In this document: positions 57,620-64,000 of the stretch, one piece after another | How positions within the stretch are numbered: the first letter of the stretch is position 1 | Layout of the letters: each line of letters starts with the position of its first letter | DNA from: an uncultured Planctomycetia bacterium | Lineage (GTDB): Bacteria > Omnitrophota > Gorgyraeia > Pluralincolimonadales > Pluralincolimonadaceae | Assembly: GCA_964650515.1 (NCBI GenBank) | Contig: CAZYUB010000003.1 | Location: forward strand, 4,096-68,095 | DNA: 64,000 nt | Reading direction: 5' to 3' | Position numbers and translations under genes: made by a program | Notes under the pieces: generated by a model | The model's database searches: none | What the model was told of the DNA's origin: nothing | What the model saw: the letters and a program-made list of their open reading frames with translations, nothing else

Positions 57620-58003
57620 ATGCAAAGGCCAAAGACCGAGAGAAGAAGACAGCCGCGCGTTGAAGAGAAGATACCCCTCAAGATAAAGGATGAGGGTTTT
57701 GATGCCATAAGCGTAACGAAGAACATCAGCTGTTCAGGGGTGTTCTGCCAGGTAGACGGTTATTTCCCGCTGTTATCGAAAGTCAAGATCGTCCTGCTGC
57801 TCCCGTCAGAAGAGAAATCCAAAGCCCATCCCGTCCATATTGACGGTGTTGTCGTCCGCTCGGAACCCGTAAAGGATGCCGGGCCCGGCGCGAATTGCCG
57901 CAATATAGCGATATTCTTCAATAAGATAAAGAAGCAGGACCAGAACAAGATCTCCTGCTACATAAATTCCATCCTTGCTAAGAGGATGGTAATAATCAAT
58001 TAA
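57620..58003 (+). CDS. Stand-alone PilZ-domain protein 3 of 3
   Basis: RRQPR and NISCSG motifs. Confidence 0.8.
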   Translation: MQRPKTERRRQPRVEEKIPLKIKDEGFDAISVTKNISCSGVFCQVDGYFPLLSKVKIVLLLPSEEKSKAHPVHIDGVVVRSEPVKDAGPGANCRNIAIFFNKIKKQDQNKISCYINSILAKRMVIIN

Positions 58004-58007
58004 ATTT

Positions 58008-58556
58008 GTGTCATACCGGATCCTGCGCGCGATCGCATGGTTCCTCTGTAAAGCCCTCTTCCGCCTGAAGACGACAGGCCTCCGCAATATCCCGAAAGAA
58101 GGCGGCGCTATAATCGCTGCGAACCATTCCAGTTATATAGACCCGGTGGCCCTAGCGGTCGCAATCCCGAGGAGGATAAGCTGGATAGTCAGGAAGGACG
58201 TTTATGACGTTTGGTGGCTTGAGGGGCTGTTTGCCTCTACGGGGATGATAAGGGAAGGCGGCTCGGTAGATAAAGCGATAAAACTGCTGGAACAGGGCGG
58301 ACTGGTCGGAATATTCCCGGAGGGGACGCGGAGCCCTGACGGCAAACCCAGGGCGGGAAGGAAAGGGGCCTCAGTGATGGCTCTCAAGACCGGGGTCCCG
58401 GTAATACCGTGCGGCATTACCGGAGCTTTTGAGGCGTATCCTCGCGGAGCCGTATTCCCGAAGCCGTTCCCGGTAAAAGTATCTATAGGAAAACCGGTGG
58501 CCGGTGCCTCGCCGGAGGTTATCATGGCCGCTATAAAAAAAGAGATGGAAAGATAG
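58008..58556 (+). CDS. plsC: 1-acyl-sn-glycerol-3-phosphate acyltransferase
   Basis: GTG start. NHSSYID (HxxxxD) motif and FPEGTRS motif. Confidence 0.85.
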   Translation: MSYRILRAIAWFLCKALFRLKTTGLRNIPKEGGAIIAANHSSYIDPVALAVAIPRRISWIVRKDVYDVWWLEGLFASTGMIREGGSVDKAIKLLEQGGLVGIFPEGTRSPDGKPRAGRKGASVMALKTGVPVIPCGITGAFEAYPRGAVFPKPFPVKVSIGKPVAGASPEVIMAAIKKEMER

Positions 58557-59189
58557 ATGAAGATAGATGTAAAGAGTATAAAGCCGTCGAAGATAATATG
58601 CGTCGGCACGAATTACGCCGACCATGCCAAAGAACTCAACCTGAGCGTACCAGAAGAGCCGCTGATATTCATCAAGCCGCCATCCTCGATCATATATGAC
58701 GGGCAGGATATCGTCTATCCCCGCGGCGTTACGAGGGTCGATTTCGAAGCTGAGCTCGCGGTCGTGATAAAAAAGGGAGGTCGGCATATAGATGAGGCCG
58801 GAGCGCGCGGATATATACTGGGGTATATGTGCCTGAATGACGTGACCGCGCGTGACATACAAGCAAGGGAGAGCCAGTGGACAAGGTCCAAGTCGTTCGA
58901 CACATTCTGCCCTATAGGCCCGCATATCGAGACCGGCGCCGACCCGTCGGCACTTAAAGTGGAATCGTACCTTAACGGGGAGCGGAAACAATCTTCGACC
59001 ACGGCGAACCTGCTCTTTTCCGTCCCGAAGCTCATATCGTTCGTTTCGGGTATCATGTCGCTGCTGCCCGGTGATATAATATCCACCGGTACGCCGTTCG
59101 GAGTCGGGCCGATGCTTCCTGGAGACCGCATAGAAATAAGGATAGAAGGCATAGGTTCGCTGAACAATACCGTCGCAAAAGAAAAATGA
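58557..59189 (+). CDS. Fumarylacetoacetate hydrolase (FAH) family hydratase/decarboxylase
   Basis: KIICVGTNYADHAKE. FAH fold. 210 aa. Confidence 0.8.
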   Translation: MKIDVKSIKPSKIICVGTNYADHAKELNLSVPEEPLIFIKPPSSIIYDGQDIVYPRGVTRVDFEAELAVVIKKGGRHIDEAGARGYILGYMCLNDVTARDIQARESQWTRSKSFDTFCPIGPHIETGADPSALKVESYLNGERKQSSTTANLLFSVPKLISFVSGIMSLLPGDIISTGTPFGVGPMLPGDRIEIRIEGIGSLNNTVAKEK

Positions 59190-59199
59190 CCGGAGAGCT

Positions 59200-59432
59200 T
59201 GATTTTGGCCCGGGCCGTGATATACTTGTATAGGAAAAAGATATCTGCCCTATAAGTGCGACGGCTTGGCGCGGTGATCATCAAAGCTGTATAGGGAGCC
59301 GGAGTTCTGGAGCCGCTTGCGGCGACGGACAGGCGCCCACTTGGTACAGAGGGTCAAGCTGCCAGGCAAGCCCACGATAGGGTGGGAGAAAGTAACGGTC
59401 CAGGGTGTAACGAGAGCCCCGGGCCTTTTTTT
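59200..59432 (+). other. Unclassified GC-rich structured RNA candidate (cis-regulatory leader or sRNA) ending in a U7 tract
   Basis: Sits in a 273-nt intergenic gap. Near-identical palindromic decamers GGCCCGGGCC (59207-16) and GCCCCGGGCC (59416-25) bracket ~200 nt, and TTTTTTT follows at 59426-32. Internal hairpins GCCG-CUUG-CGGC and CCCAC/GUGGG. No match by eye to cobalamin, TPP, SRP, tmRNA or RNase P consensus. Confidence 0.35.
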
Positions 59433-59462
59433 ATACGCAAAAGCCCGCCAATAGTTTATAAT

Positions 59463-60257
59463 ATGAGCAAGATGATGAAACTGACCAGGGAAAAGATATA
59501 TTTTCACGCGCCGTACAGGATGCTGCTGAGCAGCCTCGGGTGGGTAGCCGATAAGGGCATAAATTGCGAGATCTATGCCGACGGCTCCGCGCTTGATTCG
59601 TACAGCTCCGAAGAGATAGAAAGGATAAACAACGTCTTCAGGGAAAGCGGGCTGAAGAAGATCGTGCACGGGCCTTTCCTTGACCTCAACCCGGGCAGTT
59701 GGGACGAGGGGATAAGGGACCTTACGCTAAAGCGCTTCAGCCAGGCCTTCAAATTCTGCAGGGAGATCAAAGCCGGCCATATAGTGCTTCACAGCGGTTT
59801 CGATCCGATCTTCTATAAGGATTCGTCGCACGTATTCCTTAATTTTTGCCTGCCGGTATGGGAACAGGCCGCCGCGATGGCTGCCGATTGCGGCGTAACG
59901 ATAGCGGTTGAGAATTCCATAGACAACGACCCGTCGGTCGTCGTAAATATCATCCAGGAGACGGCCCGCCCCAACCTTGAGGCATGCTTCGACCCCGGCC
60001 ATTATTACGCTTTCGCGAAGATGTCGCCCTTCGATGCTTTGAAATGGTATCCCGACAAGTCGATAGGCGAGATACACCTTTCGGATAACAAGGGCGATTT
60101 CGATTCACACCTGCCGCTCGGTGAGGGCGACCTTGATTTTAAGGGGCTGATACGGGAGGTCCTGAAGAAGGGCAGGGAGCCGATAATCACATCGGAACCC
60201 CATTCAAAGGAAGACATCGAGAGGAACCTCGCGTATCTCGTTTCGATGGATATTTAG
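59463..60257 (+). CDS. Xylose-isomerase-like TIM-barrel sugar-phosphate isomerase/epimerase (AP endonuclease 2 fold)
   Basis: 264 aa. HGPF, AVEN and HLSDN motifs are typical of the fold. The start is uncertain: no SD, and ATG 59463 abuts a TATAAT hexamer. Confidence 0.7.
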   Translation: MSKMMKLTREKIYFHAPYRMLLSSLGWVADKGINCEIYADGSALDSYSSEEIERINNVFRESGLKKIVHGPFLDLNPGSWDEGIRDLTLKRFSQAFKFCREIKAGHIVLHSGFDPIFYKDSSHVFLNFCLPVWEQAAAMAADCGVTIAVENSIDNDPSVVVNIIQETARPNLEACFDPGHYYAFAKMSPFDALKWYPDKSIGEIHLSDNKGDFDSHLPLGEGDLDFKGLIREVLKKGREPIITSEPHSKEDIERNLAYLVSMDI

Positions 60258-60268
60258 GAGGAGGACGA

Positions 60269-60823
60269 ATGGCAAAAATATCAGGCAAACCGGAGGCCGC
60301 CTTATTCCCGCTTCCGGTGGTGCTGGTCACGTGCGTAGACAAGCAAGGAAAGCCGAACGTGATAACGCTGGCGTGGGCGGGTATCGTTTGCTCGGAGCCC
60401 CCGATGCTTTCCGTCTCGATAAGGCCCGGCAGGTATTCGTATGGGCTAATTAAAGAGCAGAAAGAGTTCACGGTCAATATCCCGACTACGGAGATAATGA
60501 GGCAGACCGATGTATGCGGGACGGTCTCGGGACGGAACGAGGACAAGTTCAAGCTGACCGGCCTGCATACGGAGCCGGCGAAGGAGGTCAAAGCTCCGCT
60601 CATAAAGGAATGTCCGGTCGCCCTTGAGTGCAAGGTCAGGGATTCGAAGATGCTGGGCACACACGAGATGTTCATCGCGGAGATCGTCGCCGTGCACATA
60701 GAGGAGTCGGCCCTCGGCCCGACAGGGAGAATAGATATCGCAAAAGCCGCGCCGTTCTCTTATAACTGGGGCGAATACTGGAGCACCGGAAAAAAAGTGG
60801 GCCATTACGGATGCTCAAAATGA
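60269..60823 (+). CDS. Flavin reductase-like (FMN-binding split-barrel) domain protein
   Basis: SD AGGAGGAGG. Motif PLPVVLVTCVDKQGKPNVITLAWAG. Confidence 0.8.
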   Translation: MAKISGKPEAALFPLPVVLVTCVDKQGKPNVITLAWAGIVCSEPPMLSVSIRPGRYSYGLIKEQKEFTVNIPTTEIMRQTDVCGTVSGRNEDKFKLTGLHTEPAKEVKAPLIKECPVALECKVRDSKMLGTHEMFIAEIVAVHIEESALGPTGRIDIAKAAPFSYNWGEYWSTGKKVGHYGCSK

Positions 60824-61329
60824 TCCCTACCGCGTTAGCCCTCGCAGCAGTATTATTGGCATCGCCTGCTTTATTTGCCGAGGAGGCAGGGGAAGAGAAG
60901 GCGCTGTCGCTTGAAAATATAACTATGTCATGTTACGCGCTCGGCGGCGACATCAAAACACTGAAAGACCCCGTAGAAGCCGTATACGTGACTAAGGGCG
61001 ATGCCGTTTACGCGCTCTTCTGGCTTAAGCAGATGTTGACGGAAGGGAAGAGGGAACAGAAGTCCTTCAGCATGAAAGATAATTTATGCATAACCGTCTT
61101 CAGGGGGTTCTTCCCGGGGTTGAGCAAGATATCCGTAAAGAAAGTGTCCCTAAGAGACAACCGGTTTGATATATACGCGGAGTATCTGGACGATCCCGAG
61201 TATTCCACGCCGACGCAGCCCGCCGCTATAATTCCCGTCGGGCAGCTGCCTCCGGGCATCTATACCGTTAACCTATTTGTAGGCAATGAATTGCATAAAA
61301 CCAACGGGTTCAAGGTCAAAAGCCGGTAA
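60811..61329 (+). CDS. Hypothetical secreted protein
   Basis: Signal peptide MIPTALALAAVLLASPALFA. No recognised domain. ATG 60819 is an alternative start. Confidence 0.5.
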   Translation: MLKMIPTALALAAVLLASPALFAEEAGEEKALSLENITMSCYALGGDIKTLKDPVEAVYVTKGDAVYALFWLKQMLTEGKREQKSFSMKDNLCITVFRGFFPGLSKISVKKVSLRDNRFDIYAEYLDDPEYSTPTQPAAIIPVGQLPPGIYTVNLFVGNELHKTNGFKVKSR

Positions 61330-61342
61330 ACGATATTGTAGT

Positions 61343-61371
61343 TTGACATTTTTACAACTTGGTGGCATAAT
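61343..61371 (+). promoter_or_regulatory. Sigma70 promoter with extended -10 (TTGACA-17-TGGCATAAT), would give a near-leaderless mRNA
   Basis: -35 at 61343-61348, -10 at 61366-61371. The ATG at 61380 lies ~8 nt past the -10 with no SD. Confidence 0.6.
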
Positions 61372-61379
61372 TTATCCAT

Positions 61380-62963
61380 ATGAATGATTCTAAAATTACC
61401 TACGAGCAACTGACTTCCATATTCGAGAACATTGACGCGCCAATTTACATAAGCGACCCTAAGACCTATGAGGTCCTGTACGTAAATAAGGCCGTAAGGG
61501 ACGATTTCGGCGATGTACGGGGCGGGAAATGCTATAAGGCGCTCCAGGGACTGGACAGCCCGTGTCCTTTCTGCACAAACGATATCATCTTCAATAAAAA
61601 ACCCGGCCAACCTCATATCTGGGAATTCCAGAACTCAAGGAACAAGCGGTGGTACCATTGCATTGACCAGGCAATACAATGGGTAGACGGCCGCGAGGCC
61701 AGGCTTGAAATGGCGTTGGATATAAACGGTGAAAAAACCTCGAACGAAAAGCTCGAGAAACTGAATGCCGAGCTTATCAAGTCGAACAAGGTCTTTAAGC
61801 AGATGGCCCTAAAGGACCCGCATACAGGCCTGTATAACTACAGGTATCTCGGAGAGGTCATAGAAGCGGAGTTCCTGCGCGCGAAGAGATACGCGCACCC
61901 TCTCTCGGCGATCCTGCTCGATATCGATTATTTCAAATCTGTCAATGACGTTTACGGCCACCAGTTCGGCGACCTCATATTGAAGCAATTCGCGCGGCAG
62001 CTAAAGCTTGCCGTGCGCCAGTACGATATAGTCGTCCGGCTCGGGGGCGAGGAATTTGTCGTGCTATCCCCGGCAACCAACAGGGCGGATGCCGTAGGCC
62101 TCGGCGACAGGATACTCGAGATAATAAGCTTATACGATTTCGGCGACAGGGAGCATAACATAAAACTGAAGGTCAGTATTGCGGTGTCGTCCTATCCGGA
62201 AGACAAGATATCGAAAGGGCAGGACCTGATCGATATGGCCGACCGCATACTGAGCAAGGTTAAAGAGCTGGGCGGCAACAGGGTCTATTCGTCGGTGGAC
62301 CTGAAGACGATGGAAAAGGATGATTTCACGCCGGTCCCCGAAAAGGCGACCGATGTCAGGCTGCTCAAGAAGAAGCTCGATAAGCTCACGAGGCAGGCGA
62401 ACCAGGGTCTCGTCGAATCGATATTCGCTTTCGCGAAAACTATAGAGCTTAAGGACCATTACACCGGCGAGCATGTGGAAAAAACGGTCCATTATGCCAC
62501 CGAGGTGGCGCGCCAGCTCGGGCTGCCGAAGGAAGAGATCGAGAAGATAAGCCAGGCGTCAATATTGCACGATCTCGGCAAGATCGGGGTCAGCGAAAAG
62601 ATACTGCTGAAGAAAGGCAAGCTGACAAAGAAGGAATACGACGAGATAAAGAGACATCCCCAGATCGCGGTCGACATTTTAAGGCCGATCCAGTCGCTGC
62701 AGGGCGTAGTGCCGATGATCTATTACCATCATGAGAGATGGGACGGGAAAGGATATTCGAACGGCCTCAAGGGCGAGCAGATACCTGTCGGCGCCCGCAT
62801 AATTGCGGTATCGGACGTATATGAGGCGCTGACGTCCGACCGGCCTTACCGGAAAGCGTATCCGAAAGAAGAAGCCATAAAGATAATCAAGAACAGCTCA
62901 GGAAGCCAGTTCGACCCGAAGGTAGTGGACGCGTTCTTGAACGTTTTACAGCAGGAAAAATAG
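61380..62963 (+). CDS. PAS-GGDEF-HD-GYP multidomain c-di-GMP turnover protein
   Basis: N-terminal PAS-like domain with C-x10-C-x2-C. GGDEF domain with I-site RQYD and A-site GGEEF. C-terminal HD-GYP-type domain with HDLGK and HHERWDGKGYS. Confidence 0.85.
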   Translation: MNDSKITYEQLTSIFENIDAPIYISDPKTYEVLYVNKAVRDDFGDVRGGKCYKALQGLDSPCPFCTNDIIFNKKPGQPHIWEFQNSRNKRWYHCIDQAIQWVDGREARLEMALDINGEKTSNEKLEKLNAELIKSNKVFKQMALKDPHTGLYNYRYLGEVIEAEFLRAKRYAHPLSAILLDIDYFKSVNDVYGHQFGDLILKQFARQLKLAVRQYDIVVRLGGEEFVVLSPATNRADAVGLGDRILEIISLYDFGDREHNIKLKVSIAVSSYPEDKISKGQDLIDMADRILSKVKELGGNRVYSSVDLKTMEKDDFTPVPEKATDVRLLKKKLDKLTRQANQGLVESIFAFAKTIELKDHYTGEHVEKTVHYATEVARQLGLPKEEIEKISQASILHDLGKIGVSEKILLKKGKLTKKEYDEIKRHPQIAVDILRPIQSLQGVVPMIYYHHERWDGKGYSNGLKGEQIPVGARIIAVSDVYEALTSDRPYRKAYPKEEAIKIIKNSSGSQFDPKVVDAFLNVLQQEK

Positions 62964-62966
62964 CTT

Positions 62967-64000
62967 TTGGAAAAAATCAAAAAGATACTTATCATCTCCT
63001 CTGACAAGAGCCTCAGGGAGGTATTGACCTTCTGCCTTGATGGTTGGGGCTATGAGGTATTCCTGCACGAATCGCCCCTGCATGATATTACCCCGATAAA
63101 GAAGGCCTCCCCGGACGTGATAGTCGTTGATGTCCATTCCGCCAGCAAGGCGCATCTCGAGATATGCCGTTTGCTCAAGGACGATTTCGTCACGGCGTTC
63201 ATCCCGGTAATAACCCTCATAAATAAGCGCCAGCTCAGGACCCAGCTGTTGAACCTTAAGCAGGGCGTCGATGACTACCTCATAAAACCGCCGGATCCGC
63301 TCGACCTCAGGGTCAGGGTCGAGATGGCGGCCAGGAGGTCACAATACAGTTTTTACGCGAGCCCGCTGACAGGCCTGCCCGGAGGAAGGATCATAGAAGA
63401 GGCGGTGATAGAGAGGCTGAAGAAGGACGTCTCCTTCACCTTCGGATACCTCGACATAGACAGTTTCAAGTATTTCAACGACGTTTACGGCTACCACAAG
63501 GGCGACAGGGCGATAATGCAAACCGCGTACGTCCTTTACACGTCGATAAAGAAATACGGCAACCCCGAGGATTTCATAGGGCACATAGGCGGCGACGATT
63601 TCATGTTTATCACCTCTCCGGAAAGGTACAAGGAGGTCTGCCATAACATCATCCTGTCGTTCGACCGCATCATACCTTTCCATTACACCCCGGAAGACAG
63701 GAAACAGGGCTTCATATACGCCAAGGACAGGACGCACAAGATGACGAAGGTCAACCTCATGAGCGTTTCGTTGGCGGTTGTCAACAGGCACAGCCATTCC
63801 GACGTGACGAACATGGTGCAGATAAACGAGAAGCTTGCGGAGATAAAGCGTTACCTGAAGGACCTGTCGGGAAGCAAGTTCATGGAGGACAGGAGGAGCG
63901 GCAAGACCGGCGAATTCCTCGGCCCCCAGTTATATAAGAAGTCCGACGCGTCGGCCGACGGCTACAGGCCGCTCGGGCAGGTACTTCTCGAGAAGAAACT
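62967..64000 (+). CDS. Response-regulator receiver (REC) plus GGDEF-domain protein with degenerate GGDDF site; partial, runs off the window
   Basis: Hand translation from TTG 62967. REC-like KKILIISSD...DVIVVDV...YLIKP. GGDEF fold with GGDDF and no RxxD I-site. No stop codon before position 64000. Confidence 0.65.
   Translation, partial: MEKIKKILIISSDKSLREVLTFCLDGWGYEVFLHESPLHDITPIKKASPDVIVVDVHSASKAHLEICRLLKDDFVTAFIPVITLINKRQLRTQLLNLKQGVDDYLIKPPDPLDLRVRVEMAARRSQYSFYASPLTGLPGGRIIEEAVIERLKKDVSFTFGYLDIDSFKYFNDVYGYHKGDRAIMQTAYVLYTSIKKYGNPEDFIGHIGGDDFMFITSPERYKEVCHNIILSFDRIIPFHYTPEDRKQGFIYAKDRTHKMTKVNLMSVSLAVVNRHSHSDVTNMVQINEKLAEIKRYLKDLSGSKFMEDRRSGKTGEFLGPQLYKKSDASADGYRPLGQVLLEKK

Noticed and set aside
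59190-59462. Attempted assignment of the structured element to known RNA families
   Set aside because: Compared by eye with the cobalamin B12 box, TPP THI box, SRP domain IV, tmRNA and RNase P conserved blocks, and with the c-di-GMP-I and guanidine-I consensus. There were only scattered short resemblances, so it is left unclassified.
1-64000. CRISPR arrays, IS elements, transposases, integrases, rRNA genes
   Set aside because: No regularly spaced direct repeats, no terminal inverted repeats flanking transposase-like ORFs, and no rRNA-like segments were seen on either strand.

Overview
This is a dense, almost entirely plus-strand bacterial chromosomal segment. GC is moderate to high, and codon usage is rich in AGG/AGA for Arg and ATA for Ile. 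Many genes start with GTG or TTG, and many junctions are ATGA-type overlaps.

The window opens inside the ribosomal-protein superoperon: the end of S3, then L16, L29, S17, L14, L24, L5, S14 (zinc type), S8, L6, L18, S5, L15 (no L30 gene), secY, adk, map, infA, L36, S13, S11, S4, rpoA and L17.

Central metabolism follows: an aspartate-type aminotransferase, icd, lpd, lipA, a free-standing lipoyl-domain protein and a DapL-like aminotransferase. Next comes a glycolipid cluster (MGDG-synthase-like glycosyltransferase, LpxL-family acyltransferase, GT2), then pcm.

A cobalamin salvage and uptake locus follows: cobU-cobT-cobS-btuF-btuC-btuD, then btuB-tonB. Each unit is preceded by a recognisable cobalamin riboswitch.

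Downstream are rpsU with a textbook sigma70 promoter, a fused M16 peptidase, a MEMO1-like protein, rmuC, aroQ, pepP, efp, accB, accC, an Asp23-like protein, and a PFK carrying the Asp/Lys signature of the PPi-dependent type. Then come gmhA, the hldE/rfaE adenylyltransferase domain, thiE and thiC, a PfkB kinase and tRNA-Gly(CCC). After the tRNA sit a LysM/M23 lipoprotein and a tightly linked operon of archaeal-type ATPase, metallophosphoesterase, HIT protein and dGTPase. Envelope proteins (SPOR, SH3b), csp, aroB and rnc follow.

The last part is a c-di-GMP signalling neighbourhood. An ExeA/GspB-like pair, the only two minus-strand genes in the window, faces three tandem stand-alone PilZ proteins. 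Further on are a PAS-GGDEF-HD-GYP protein and a REC-GGDEF protein.

No CRISPR array, IS element, integrase or rRNA was seen. The most unusual signals are these:
- a roughly 230 nt GC-rich structured element ending in a U7 tract, between the FAH-family gene and a TIM-barrel isomerase operon; it could not be matched by eye to any known RNA family;
- a perfect 17-bp AT-rich inverted repeat embedded in-frame in icd;
- the triple PilZ array;
- the ATPase-phosphoesterase-HIT-dGTPase operon next to the tRNA;
- a zinc-ribbon-like C-terminus on L24.

All protein family calls come from motif recognition by eye; no database search was run.
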